DNA of 64,000 bases from Spirochaetia bacterium (GTDB lineage: Bacteria; Spirochaetota; Spirochaetia; CADAEX01), in assembly GCA_045606105.1 (NCBI GenBank), contig JAZURI010000010.1, positions 64,001 to 128,000 on the forward strand, in the 5' to 3' direction. The stretch's first letter is position 1, and each line of letters opens with the position of its first letter. A model generated the notes under the pieces. It was not told the origin of the DNA. It made no database searches and worked only from the letters and a program-made list of their open reading frames with translations. The position numbers and the translations under genes were made by a program. Below, one piece after another: positions 48,276 through 58,148 of this stretch.

Positions 48276-50027
48276 ATGGAAAAAAATACCCTTGTGGCTA
48301 TCATACTTTGCGTAGTGGTAATAACTGCGGGATATTTTGTTCAGGTAGTTTTTTTCCCTGTGGAGGAACCACCGAAAATCCAGCTGGAGGAGAGTGCTGC
48401 TGCCGAAGAACCAACAGTTCCGGGAGAGTCCCTGTCCCCTGTCCAGACTACGGCCTCTGTTTATGAAACTGACAGTACGGCCTATCAGGATATAGAAATA
48501 GAAACGGATGTATTCAGTGCTGTCTTCACCACCAAAGGGGGAAGTGCCAAGTCAATCAAGCTGAAGCATCATAAGGAATCTGACGGTCAGCCCCTTGATA
48601 TGATTCACAGGGAGGAGAGCAAGCTCAATGCCTTCGACCTCTATTTCGGCGATATCAACAGCCGTCCTCTCGATGCAGCCTTCAACTACAAGAAATACAA
48701 CAAAGGAAATGATACAGTCCTTGAGTTCTGGAAAGAGCTGGATATGACCATGGGAAGCGGAGTCCGCATTCCTGTAGAAATAAGAAAGAAGTATCTTTTC
48801 AAGCCGGACGAATATGTGGTGGAGCTTGAGGTTCAGCTTACCAACAAGGCCGGAAAGGCAGTTCAGTTCAACTACAACGGATTTGCATATTCCCTGGGAT
48901 TCGGTCCTCAGATCGGTCCTAACTATGAAAAGCTTGACGGAAAGTACGACTTCAGGAAGTACATAACCTTCAACGGCGAAAAGAAGAAAGAGGTGAAGCT
49001 CCCTAAGCCTGATACAAAGGAAGTGGACGCAAGAACCAGCTGGTCCGCAATTTCGGGAAAATACTTTGCAGTAATCGGTATTACGGATGCAACACAGTAC
49101 AAGACTGTTTTCTCAAGCATTGATCTTCCGGGTCTGGGGGATTCCTCCAGGATGTTCTTCTCAAGACCTGCTTTCAAGAGCGCCAATGTAATCGATACAT
49201 TCAGATTCTACATCGGACCTAAGAGCAGCAACGAGCTCAGAAGATACGACGAGGCTGAAACCAACGGCTTCGGCATGACAAAGATGGAGCTGGACAGGGT
49301 TCTGGATTCCGGAGCTATCCTGGGCTGGCTGCAGCAGCTGCTGAAATGGCTCCTGCTGGCATTCTACAACCTTATCCCTAACTACGGTGTGGCTATCATT
49401 CTTCTTACCGTTGTGGTTAAGATTGTTCTTTATCCTCTTACAAAGAAAAGCTTTGAATCATCAGCCAAGATGGCTGCCCTTTCACCTAAGATGAAGGAGA
49501 TTCAGGCAAAATATAAAGGAAACCAGCAGAAGATGAATTCGGAGCTTTCTGCCCTTTACAAGAAGGAAGGGGTTAACCCTATGAGCGGATGTCTGCCTAT
49601 TCTTCTCCAGATGCCGATTTTCTTCGCATTGTACGGACTCCTCAACAGCTTCTTCGAGCTGCGCGGATCGGGATTCATGGAGCCGTGGATTACAGACCTT
49701 TCACAGCCTGATTCCATTTTCAACTTCGCTCCTACATCCTACTTCTTCATCGGAAGCGATATCAGACTTCTCCCTATCCTCATGGCGGGAACCCAGATTA
49801 TCTCTTCCATGCTCATGCAGCCTGCGGCAGGTGCAACCGGCGGCAGCGGCGGTCAGCTCAACCAGATGAAGATGATGACTTATGCAATGCCTGTAGTATT
49901 CCTTTTCGTTCTTTATGATGTTTCATCCGGACTTCTCCTTTACTGGACAATGACAAACATCATATCCATAGGACAGCAGCTCTGGATCAACTACAGAAGC
50001 AAGAAGAAGGCAGAGGCAAAAGGCTGA
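48276..50027 (+). CDS. yidC: Membrane protein insertase YidC (housekeeping copy)
   Basis: Large periplasmic domain, NYGVAIILLT, GCLPILLQMP, WITDLS and GLLLYW, in the canonical operon. Confidence 0.97.
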   Translation: MEKNTLVAIILCVVVITAGYFVQVVFFPVEEPPKIQLEESAAAEEPTVPGESLSPVQTTASVYETDSTAYQDIEIETDVFSAVFTTKGGSAKSIKLKHHKESDGQPLDMIHREESKLNAFDLYFGDINSRPLDAAFNYKKYNKGNDTVLEFWKELDMTMGSGVRIPVEIRKKYLFKPDEYVVELEVQLTNKAGKAVQFNYNGFAYSLGFGPQIGPNYEKLDGKYDFRKYITFNGEKKKEVKLPKPDTKEVDARTSWSAISGKYFAVIGITDATQYKTVFSSIDLPGLGDSSRMFFSRPAFKSANVIDTFRFYIGPKSSNELRRYDEAETNGFGMTKMELDRVLDSGAILGWLQQLLKWLLLAFYNLIPNYGVAIILLTVVVKIVLYPLTKKSFESSAKMAALSPKMKEIQAKYKGNQQKMNSELSALYKKEGVNPMSGCLPILLQMPIFFALYGLLNSFFELRGSGFMEPWITDLSQPDSIFNFAPTSYFFIGSDIRLLPILMAGTQIISSMLMQPAAGATGGSGGQLNQMKMMTYAMPVVFLFVLYDVSSGLLLYWTMTNIISIGQQLWINYRSKKKAEAKG

Positions 50028-50046
50028 TTAAAAACAGGAGACTAAT

Positions 50047-50748
50047 ATGGAATTTGAAGGAAAGACAGAAAAAGAAGCGATAGACAAAGCTATAGAAGCC
50101 CTGGGGCTGGAAAGAGATGAATTTGATGTGGAAATCATCGAAACCTGCAAACCGGGTCTTTTCAAGAAGGGAAGCGTGAAGATCAGGGTTCATGTTAACA
50201 CACCTGAGCCGGAACCTGAAGAGGAAGTCGAAGAGGAGGAGGGATACGACGAATCTGTTCCCGAAGCCGAAAGACTTGATGCAGACAGCGATTTCGAAAA
50301 CGACCTTCTTGATTTTGTCGAGGAGCTTATCGACAGGATGGATTATCCCGGAGAAGCATATATCTGTTTCAGGAAGGAAAACAAGATCGGCGTGATGATC
50401 GAATCAGAGCATTCCGGAATCCTTATCGGAAAGAAGGGAAAGAACCTGGATGCAATCCAGCTGCTTGCAAACGTTTTTGCCGGCAAGCTTCTTGAAAATC
50501 CTCCTAGGATTATCGTGGATGTGGAAAAGTACAGGGAAAGAAGGGAAAGCAACCTGGTAAAGCTTGCAATGAAGACAGCAGATCAGGTACGCAGGACAAA
50601 GAAATCCAAGCTTCTTGAACCGATGAATCCGTTTGAAAGAAGAATTATCCACACTGCCCTCAACGACATGGACGACATTGCCACAAAGAGCGACGGAGAG
50701 GGACTCATGAAGCAGGTCCGCATTATCTACAGGGAAAATTACAGATAA
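50047..50748 (+). CDS. jag: RNA-binding protein Jag/KhpB/EloR
   Basis: Jag_N domain, KH motif LIGKKG and R3H motif ERRIIH. Confidence 0.95.
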   Translation: MEFEGKTEKEAIDKAIEALGLERDEFDVEIIETCKPGLFKKGSVKIRVHVNTPEPEPEEEVEEEEGYDESVPEAERLDADSDFENDLLDFVEELIDRMDYPGEAYICFRKENKIGVMIESEHSGILIGKKGKNLDAIQLLANVFAGKLLENPPRIIVDVEKYRERRESNLVKLAMKTADQVRRTKKSKLLEPMNPFERRIIHTALNDMDDIATKSDGEGLMKQVRIIYRENYR

Positions 50749-50795
50749 TATAATTCCGTGGTAATTTTCGCAAATTTATAAATAAAATGAGTAAA

Positions 50796-50840
50796 AACCC
50801 CTACTTGCCTTATTCCGCAGGTGGGGGTTATACTTTTTTT
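50796..50840 (+). terminator. Hairpin with T run after jag, overlapping the next promoter
   Basis: AACCCCTACTTGC-CTTATTCC-GCAGGTGGGGGTT (two G.U pairs), then ATACTTTTTTT. Confidence 0.6.
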
Positions 50841-51704
50841 ATGAATAGATTACGCTTTGTTATTGCATATAACACTTCCGGTTTTATCGGAACAAAAAAA
50901 TCAGTTGAGGAAATAATCGACATTTGTAAGGCCTCCGGATTCTACGGTCTTGAAGGAGACCCGGAGGGAATTTTCAACAAATCTCTTTCCGAACTCACAA
51001 AACTGGGGGAAACCTTTAAAAGCGCAGGCCTCTCCCTGGAAACCTTCCATCTTCCCTACAAGGACCCGGTTCTTGACGACATTGCCACACTGTACGAAAC
51101 CGACAGAAGAAAGGTTGAGGACAGGATGAAGGAGTGGATTGAGAAATCGGCGGCTGCAGGAAGCAGGATCGGTGTTATCCACCCTACCACCAGAAAGGGC
51201 TACAACGTGGATATCGAAGGCCTTGAAAGGATCTGTCTCCAGGCCGACAAGACAATTCAGACCATGCTGAAGTTCGGCGAACAGTTCGGCTATAAGATTG
51301 CCCTTGAGAACATGCTCCCTTATTCAGGCGGCAGACTGGGCTGTAAGAATGAGCACATGCTCCGTCTCTACGAGAACAACAAACACCCTAACCTCGGTTT
51401 CTATCTTGATACAGGCCATTCTTTGGTAGCCCACGGAAAGGATGCCATGGGTGCATACCATGCCATGAAGGAGCATCTTTTCGGATTCCATCTGGCAGAC
51501 AACGGAGGAGACAGGGACTCCCATCTCCAGCCGGGAAAGGGAAACTACTGCTGGGGCGATTTCTTCAGAGAAGTGGAAAAACTGGATTTCAGGGGCAATG
51601 TATGTGTGGAAGCTCCCCCTTTCGCATTGGGTCCCGATTACTCAAAGGAAGCATGGGCAAAGATGTTTGCCGAGCTCAATGAACTTGCGGAAAAAAAAGC
51701 TTGA
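50841..51704 (+). CDS. Sugar-phosphate isomerase/epimerase (xylose-isomerase-like TIM barrel)
   Basis: FHLPY, VIHP, ALENM, LDTGH, HLADN and SHLQPG metal-binding motifs. Start placed at MNRLRF. Confidence 0.85.
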   Translation: MNRLRFVIAYNTSGFIGTKKSVEEIIDICKASGFYGLEGDPEGIFNKSLSELTKLGETFKSAGLSLETFHLPYKDPVLDDIATLYETDRRKVEDRMKEWIEKSAAAGSRIGVIHPTTRKGYNVDIEGLERICLQADKTIQTMLKFGEQFGYKIALENMLPYSGGRLGCKNEHMLRLYENNKHPNLGFYLDTGHSLVAHGKDAMGAYHAMKEHLFGFHLADNGGDRDSHLQPGKGNYCWGDFFREVEKLDFRGNVCVEAPPFALGPDYSKEAWAKMFAELNELAEKKA

Positions 51705-51745
51705 AATAAGTTTTTGAATAAAAAAATAAAATTGGAGGAAAACAA

Positions 51746-53299
51746 ATGAAAAAAGTCTTAATGACATGCCTTATGCTTATGCTTGCATTCAATGTTTTTG
51801 CAGCAGCCAACGCAGAACAGGCCCCTAAGAATGTAGACGAGCTCGTAGTTGCTGTTCCTGCTCTCCCCGCAACACTGGAGCCGGCTGATATTTCAAACGC
51901 AACCGTAGCTATGTACCGTGTTTTCATGAACATGTATGACACACTCATTTCATTCGACTACAAGAACAACACAGGTATCAAACCGGGTCTTGCAGAATCC
52001 TGGAAGCAGATTGACGATACCACTCTCGAACTTTATCTCAGAAAGGGTGTAAAGTTCCATGACGGTTCAGATTTCACAGCTGACGATGTTGTAGCAACAT
52101 TCGGACCTAGAAGACCTTTCTCTGCAGATTCCATCATGGGAAAGGACAAGAACTTCCCTTCATTCAAGGAAGTACAGAAAATTGATGATTACACAGTAAG
52201 AATCGTGACAAAGAAACCGGATCCTACAGCAAAGCAGATCCTTTCCCTTTCACCTTACTCCATCATCAGCGGCAAGGCTTTCAATTCAACAGATTTCAAG
52301 CAGTGGCAGTACAAGCCGGTTGCTACAGGACCTTACAAGGTAGTTGAATTTGTAGATTCCGAACACCTTATCCTCGAAGCAAACGAGAATTACTGGGGCG
52401 GAAAACCTGCATACAAGAAAATCTCCTTCAAGGTTGTTCCTGAAATCGCAGCAAGAATCGCAGGTCTCCAGGGCGGCGACTACCATATCATCGTAGACGT
52501 ATCTCCTGACCTTCATGCAACAGTTGCTGCAGACAACAGAGTTGAAATCATCGGCGGACCTATCACAACCGCAAGAACAATCTATTTCAACATGCACAAG
52601 CCTTACATGGACCTTTACCTCAGATATGCACTCAGCTATGCTATCGACAGACAGCTTCTCTGCGACACACTGTGGAACGGCATGGTAGAAGTTCCTAACG
52701 GAATCCAGTGGCAGTCTTACGGCGATATGTTCATCGGCGAACACAAAAAGCCAAAATACGATCCTGCTCTCGCAAAGGAAATGCTCAAGAAGTCAAAGTA
52801 CAAAGGCGAGGTTCTTCAGTACAGAGTACTCAAGGACTACTACACAGGCGAGCTTGACACAGCACAGGCTTGTATCGAGATGTGGAAGGCAGTAGGAATC
52901 AACGTGGAAATCCAGGTATGTGAAAACTGGAGCCAGGTAAATGCACCTGATGCAAACGGAATCAGAACATACGACATGAGAAACACTTCTCACAACGGTC
53001 TGTTCCCTGACCCTGCAGCAGCTCTCTGGAGAACATACAAGCCTACATACGATGCTACAAGATTCAACAACTGGAATGCACCTGATTTCCATGCACAGGG
53101 TGAAATTCTTGCATCATCCCTTGATCAGGCCAAAAGACGCGCAGCATTCAAGAAAATGCTCGAGATCTGGGATGAAAACCCACCTGCAGTTCTTCTTTAC
53201 AGCAATGCGGTATTCTTCGCAAAGCTCAAAGGTGTAGACTGGCAGCCATATGAAGCAAACTTCATGGATTTCGGTCCTAAGAATGTGACTGCAAAATAA
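51746..53299 (+). CDS. ABC transporter substrate-binding protein, family 5 (OppA/DppA-like)
   Basis: Signal peptide, PGLAESW, LRKGVKFHDGSDFTADDV and TGPYK. Confidence 0.93.
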   Translation: MKKVLMTCLMLMLAFNVFAAANAEQAPKNVDELVVAVPALPATLEPADISNATVAMYRVFMNMYDTLISFDYKNNTGIKPGLAESWKQIDDTTLELYLRKGVKFHDGSDFTADDVVATFGPRRPFSADSIMGKDKNFPSFKEVQKIDDYTVRIVTKKPDPTAKQILSLSPYSIISGKAFNSTDFKQWQYKPVATGPYKVVEFVDSEHLILEANENYWGGKPAYKKISFKVVPEIAARIAGLQGGDYHIIVDVSPDLHATVAADNRVEIIGGPITTARTIYFNMHKPYMDLYLRYALSYAIDRQLLCDTLWNGMVEVPNGIQWQSYGDMFIGEHKKPKYDPALAKEMLKKSKYKGEVLQYRVLKDYYTGELDTAQACIEMWKAVGINVEIQVCENWSQVNAPDANGIRTYDMRNTSHNGLFPDPAAALWRTYKPTYDATRFNNWNAPDFHAQGEILASSLDQAKRRAAFKKMLEIWDENPPAVLLYSNAVFFAKLKGVDWQPYEANFMDFGPKNVTAK

Positions 53300-53323
53300 T
53301 TTCTGTATAAAATACAGCAATAC

Positions 53324-53349
53324 AGCCCCGCAATTTGCGGGGTTTTTTT
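53324..53349 (+). terminator. Intrinsic terminator
   Basis: AGCCCCGCAA-T-TTGCGGGGTT followed by a T run. Confidence 0.85.
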
Positions 53350-53388
53350 ATTTACTTTTAAAAAAATAAGGTGTATAATGTCTACAAT

Positions 53389-53910
53389 ATGGCAAAAGCA
53401 AAATCTAACACTTTTTTTTCTGTCGGAGAATATGTCGTGTACCCTGTCCAGGGGGTAGGCGAGATCAGAACCATTGAAAAAAGACCGTTCAAGGATCAGG
53501 AAGTACTCTATTACGAAATCTATTTCGAAACCACCGACATGACAGTCATGGTTCCGGTAGAAAAGGCTGAGGCAATCAGGATAAGGAAGATCATTTCCGA
53601 GAAGGAAGCCCTGAAGGCCTTGGACCGGATAGGAGAGGACTATATCCCATCCACAGCTGACTGGAAGACAAGATATCAGCAGAACCTGGACAAGCTCAAG
53701 ACCGGCGATATCAACGATGTGGCCGTGGTGGTAAGGGCACTTTATGACAGAAGCAAGCTGAAGGAACTTCCTATACTGGAGAGAAAGCTCTATGACAATG
53801 CCATAAAGCTTCTTATTGACGAAATTTCCATCGCCATGAAAAAGTCCAAGAAAGAGAGCGAGACCCTTATTTTCGAAAAGCTTGAAGCTGAAAAAACCAA
53901 GGAAGAATAA
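53389..53910 (+). CDS. carD: CarD-family transcription factor
   Basis: FSVGEYVVYPVQGVG, VPV and WKTRY. Confidence 0.92.
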   Translation: MAKAKSNTFFSVGEYVVYPVQGVGEIRTIEKRPFKDQEVLYYEIYFETTDMTVMVPVEKAEAIRIRKIISEKEALKALDRIGEDYIPSTADWKTRYQQNLDKLKTGDINDVAVVVRALYDRSKLKELPILERKLYDNAIKLLIDEISIAMKKSKKESETLIFEKLEAEKTKEE

Positions 53911-53965
53911 CAAATAATTTTTTTAGTTACTTGACCATATTTAAATCAAAATGTTATCTATATAT

Positions 53966-55345
53966 GTGGAAAACATTTTAGATAAAATCAAACATTATTG
54001 CGGAATCGTGGGAATCTATTCAAAGAACCCATGCAATATCCCGCAGCATCTCTTTTACACTTTATTTACCTTACAGCATCGTGGTCAGGAAAGTGCCGGT
54101 ATTTCCTATCTCAAGAACGGTGAAATCGTTACCTACAGAGATTTGGGTTCAGTGCCGACAGTTCTCTCAAGATACCTGTCCATGGACAGACCTACCTGCA
54201 CAGGAATAGGACATGTGTGTTACTCAACAAAGGGGGGAAACAGAATAGAGAGCGCACAGCCGATTCACGTTGTATGCAACAAGGGGCAGATTGCTCTGGC
54301 ACACAACGGAGCTATTACCAATGCAGACAAGATCCGTAAAAGCCTGGTGGATATCGGTGCGATTATCAGAAGTACAACAGATACAGAACTTATCATTCAT
54401 CTGCTTTCTCGAACTATTACTTCGGATTTTGACGAAGCGCTGAAAGAGGTTCTCGGAAAACAGGTCGAAGGTGCATACGGCCTCGTCATGATGCATGAGC
54501 AGGATCTTTACGGAATGAGGGATCCGAACGGTATCAGACCTCTCTGGGTAGGTAAGAAGGATGACATGGTGGTTTTCGCTTCGGAAACCTGTGCCCTGGA
54601 TATTCTTCAGATTACAGATTACAGGGAAGTGGAGCCGGGAGAAATCGTCAAGGTACATGAGGGCGAGATTTCCTCCTTCTTCATTGAGCCTAAAAAGAAG
54701 AATGCCTGTATTTTCGAACTTATTTATTTTGCCCGCCCTGATTCAAGAGTTTTCGGCAAATCGGTATACATGATGAGAAAAGCCATGGGAAGAGCTCTGG
54801 CCGAAGAGGAAACCGTGGAAGGAGATGTTGTTATCTCTGTTCCTGATTCCGGTAACTATGCAGCCCTCGGTTATGCTGAGAGATCGGGACTTCCGTTTGA
54901 GTACGGACTTTCCAGAAACCACTATGCCGGAAGATCATTCATCATGCCATCCCAGAGCCAGAGAGAGTTTATGGTAAGAATGAAGCTCAATCCTATCAAG
55001 GAGGTTGTGGCAGGCAAGAGAATCATCATGGTGGACGATTCCCTCGTAAGAGGTACCACAAGCAAGCTTATCATCAAAATGCTCAGGGAAGCAGGAGCCA
55101 AGGAAATCCATCTCAGGCTCTCTTCACCGGAGGTAAAATGGCCATGTTATTTCGGTATAGACATCACCACCCGTGACGAGCTTATTTCCAACAGGCTTAC
55201 ACCGGAAGGTCTTGCAGAATACACAGGAGCCGATTCGGTAAAATTTCTCTCACTGGAGAGTCTGAAAAAATGTGTTACAGAGGGCGATGACTTCTGTTGT
55301 GCATGTTTTTCTGGAGAATATCCGGTAAAAGTTGAAGGAGTTTAA
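53966..55345 (+). CDS. purF: Amidophosphoribosyltransferase (Fe-S, propeptide type)
   Basis: CGIVG, QHRGQE, HNG, VDDSLVRGTT and Fe-S Cys motifs CIFE/PCYFGID/CCAC. GTG at 53966 gives an 11-aa propeptide; ATG at 53951 is an alternative start. Confidence 0.95.
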   Translation: MENILDKIKHYCGIVGIYSKNPCNIPQHLFYTLFTLQHRGQESAGISYLKNGEIVTYRDLGSVPTVLSRYLSMDRPTCTGIGHVCYSTKGGNRIESAQPIHVVCNKGQIALAHNGAITNADKIRKSLVDIGAIIRSTTDTELIIHLLSRTITSDFDEALKEVLGKQVEGAYGLVMMHEQDLYGMRDPNGIRPLWVGKKDDMVVFASETCALDILQITDYREVEPGEIVKVHEGEISSFFIEPKKKNACIFELIYFARPDSRVFGKSVYMMRKAMGRALAEEETVEGDVVISVPDSGNYAALGYAERSGLPFEYGLSRNHYAGRSFIMPSQSQREFMVRMKLNPIKEVVAGKRIIMVDDSLVRGTTSKLIIKMLREAGAKEIHLRLSSPEVKWPCYFGIDITTRDELISNRLTPEGLAEYTGADSVKFLSLESLKKCVTEGDDFCCACFSGEYPVKVEGV

Positions 55346-55346
55346 A

Positions 55347-56315
55347 ATGGCAGTAGTAAAATCTTATGAAGAAGCCGGCGTTAGCATTGAAAAAGGGGAT
55401 AAATTTGCAAGCTTCATCGGAGCAATGAAATCAAAGGCAGTATCAAAAAGCATCGGTGGTTTTGCAGGCGGACTTCCTATCGATCTCAAGAAGTACAAGA
55501 ATCCTGTAATGCTTTCCACCACTGACGGAGTAGGAACAAAGCTGCTTATTGCCCAGGAGCTGGGAATATATGACACAGTGGGAATCGACCTGGTAGCCAT
55601 GTCCGTAAACGACCTTATCGTATGCGGTGCGGCACCTATGACATTCCTGGATTATATTGCATGCGGAAAAATCAACGAGGAAATGCTCCATGAGATCATC
55701 AAGGGGGTAATCACAGGCTGTGAACAGGCTGAATGTACCCTTTCCGGCGGAGAAACAGCAGAGATGCCTGATGTATATTCAGAGGGCGACTTTGATCTGG
55801 CCGGCTTTGCGGTAGGTATCGTGGACAAGGACAAGATGCTTCCGAGAAAGAAGAATATAAAGAAAGGGGATATCATCCTCGGTCTTCCTTCCGCAGGTAT
55901 CCACTCCAACGGTCTTTCCCTGGCAAGAAAGGTTATCGACAAATCTGACAAGGAAGGAAGAAAAGAGCTTCTCAGACCTACAAAGATCTATGTAAAGGAG
56001 CTCAAGAAGCTTCTCGCCAAGGATATGATCGAAGCTGCGGCCCACATCACAGGCGGCGGTCTTACAGGAAACCTGGTTCGTACACTTCCTAAGACAGTAA
56101 AACCTGTTTTCGATACAACAGCATGGGAGGTTCCTGAAATCTTCAAGAAAATCCAGAAGGACGGAGAAATCGATCCTGTGGAAATGGAGAGGGTATTCAA
56201 CATGGGAATCGGTATTGCAATGGTTGTAAAGAAAGAGAATGCGGCTGAGGTTATCAGCAGCGCCAAGAGAAGCAGAATTGCAATCAAGGTTATCGGAGAG
56301 ATTGTAAATGGCTGA
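55347..56315 (+). CDS. purM: Phosphoribosylaminoimidazole (AIR) synthetase
   Basis: YEEAGV, TDGVGTK, GGETAEMP, HSNG and HITGGG. Confidence 0.97.
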   Translation: MAVVKSYEEAGVSIEKGDKFASFIGAMKSKAVSKSIGGFAGGLPIDLKKYKNPVMLSTTDGVGTKLLIAQELGIYDTVGIDLVAMSVNDLIVCGAAPMTFLDYIACGKINEEMLHEIIKGVITGCEQAECTLSGGETAEMPDVYSEGDFDLAGFAVGIVDKDKMLPRKKNIKKGDIILGLPSAGIHSNGLSLARKVIDKSDKEGRKELLRPTKIYVKELKKLLAKDMIEAAAHITGGGLTGNLVRTLPKTVKPVFDTTAWEVPEIFKKIQKDGEIDPVEMERVFNMGIGIAMVVKKENAAEVISSAKRSRIAIKVIGEIVNG

Positions 56316-56895
56316 TTTTGCTGTCCTGGTATCGGGAAACGGATCCAATTTTCAGGCAATAGCCGAAAAGCTGGCAGACTCAGGTCACTGCCTCAGATGC
56401 ATGATCTGCGACAGGAAGGATGCTTATGCCTTTGAAAGGGCAAGGAATCTCGGTATAAAGGCCTATCACGTTTCCTATTACAAGAGGGACAGGGAAGAGG
56501 CAGAAAAGGAAATATGCTCCATACTTGAGGCTGAAAACATTCAGCTGGTGGTACTGGCCGGATTCATGAGACTTCTTACTCCGTTCCTGGTAGACAGATT
56601 CAGGAACAGGATAATGAACATCCATCCGGCCCTTCTGCCGAAGCATCCGGGTACCCACGGAATTCCGGACAGCTACAATTCCGGTGACAAGGAACTCGGC
56701 ATTACTATCCATTACGTGGATTACGGCATGGATACAGGCCCGGTGATTGTCCAGAAATCCTTTGAAAGGGACTTTACCGAGTCTATCGAAGAAATCGAAG
56801 AAAAAATACATAAATTAGAACATATACATTATCCGGAAACCATCAGAAAGGTTCTGGATTCGCTGAATACCCAGCAACAGAGGGGGAAATTTTGA
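56308..56895 (+). CDS. purN: Phosphoribosylglycinamide formyltransferase
   Basis: SGNGSN, LAGFM, NIHPALLP and DTGP. Confidence 0.96.
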   Translation: MADFAVLVSGNGSNFQAIAEKLADSGHCLRCMICDRKDAYAFERARNLGIKAYHVSYYKRDREEAEKEICSILEAENIQLVVLAGFMRLLTPFLVDRFRNRIMNIHPALLPKHPGTHGIPDSYNSGDKELGITIHYVDYGMDTGPVIVQKSFERDFTESIEEIEEKIHKLEHIHYPETIRKVLDSLNTQQQRGKF

Positions 56896-58145
56896 AAGTT
56901 TTGGTTCTTGGTTCAGGTGCAAGAGAGCATGCAATAGCATGGAAGTTTTCTAAAAGCAAGATTCTTTCAGGCCTTTATGTGGCCCCGGGAAATGCCGGAA
57001 CAGAAGAGATTGCCGAAAATCTTTATGATGTTGATCCCTGCAACAGTGCCAGTGTAATCAATGCCTGCAGAAAATACGGTATCGACTTTGTTTTCGTAGG
57101 GCCGGAAGCACCTTTGGCTGCCGGTGTGGTGGATGATCTTGAAGCGGAAGGAATCTATGCCTTCGGGCCGTCAAAATATGCGGCACAGCTTGAATCAAGC
57201 AAGCTTTTCTCCAAGTCATTCATGCAGAGACATAACATTCCTACAGCCTATTCCGAGGAATTCGACAATGTAAAGGCCTTTGAAAAGGCTATCTACAAGA
57301 CAAGCGGCAAGGTGGTAATCAAGAAGAACGGTCTTGCGGCAGGAAAGGGTGTACTGGAATCTGACAATATTGACGAGCTTCTGGAGTTCGGAAGAAATAT
57401 CCTCAAGGATGATACTCTTCTGGTGGAGGAATTCCTTACAGGATGGGAAACCTCGGTTTTTGTCCTGTCCGACGGAAAGAACTATGCTATCCTCCCTCCA
57501 TGTGCAGACTTCAAGAAGGCTTATGACGGAGACAAGGGTCTCAATACAGGAGGAATGGGCTCCATCTGTCCTGTACCTACAGTTTCCAGAAAGCTTCTGG
57601 AGCAGATAAAGAAAGAGGTGATTGATCCTACCTTCGAGGGAATAAAGAAGGACGGATTCACATATAAGGGACTTCTCTATTTCGGTATCATGGTAACCGA
57701 AAAGGGCCCTATGCTCCTGGAATACAATGCCAGGTTCGGGGATCCTGAAACACAGGCTCTTCTCCCCCTTATCGAATCTGATTTCGGAAGCCTTTTCGAT
57801 GCAGTGAGAAAGCAGGAGCTCAACACCTTCCCGCTGGAGGTTTCCAACAAGTGCTCCCTGTGCGTTGTAATTGCCGCAGGCGGTTATCCGGGTGCATACA
57901 AGAAGGGGAATGTGGTACATTACATGCCGAGATTCAGGGATGAGTTCGTGGTTATCTTCCACGCCTCCACAAAGCTGGATATCGAGAAGAATATCGTGAC
58001 AAACGGCGGAAGATGCTTCTCCGTGGTAGGTCTGGGAGACGATTTCACAGAAGCAAGCAGAAATGCCTATATCGGTACCAACGAGGTTTACTTCAAGGAC
58101 TGCTTCTACAGAAGCGATATCGGCAAGAAATTTTTCGAGGAATAA
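56892..58145 (+). CDS. purD: Phosphoribosylamine--glycine ligase
   Basis: GSGAREHA, GPEAPL, LAAGKGV, NTGGMG and EYNARFGDPE. Confidence 0.97.
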   Translation: MKVLVLGSGAREHAIAWKFSKSKILSGLYVAPGNAGTEEIAENLYDVDPCNSASVINACRKYGIDFVFVGPEAPLAAGVVDDLEAEGIYAFGPSKYAAQLESSKLFSKSFMQRHNIPTAYSEEFDNVKAFEKAIYKTSGKVVIKKNGLAAGKGVLESDNIDELLEFGRNILKDDTLLVEEFLTGWETSVFVLSDGKNYAILPPCADFKKAYDGDKGLNTGGMGSICPVPTVSRKLLEQIKKEVIDPTFEGIKKDGFTYKGLLYFGIMVTEKGPMLLEYNARFGDPETQALLPLIESDFGSLFDAVRKQELNTFPLEVSNKCSLCVVIAAGGYPGAYKKGNVVHYMPRFRDEFVVIFHASTKLDIEKNIVTNGGRCFSVVGLGDDFTEASRNAYIGTNEVYFKDCFYRSDIGKKFFEE

Positions 58146-58148
58146 AAA

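Noticed and set aside
50787-50840. Upstream ATG of the TIM-barrel gene, or a possible leader peptide
   Set aside because: The region is better explained as a terminator hairpin plus an overlapping promoter, and there is no RBS for this ATG.
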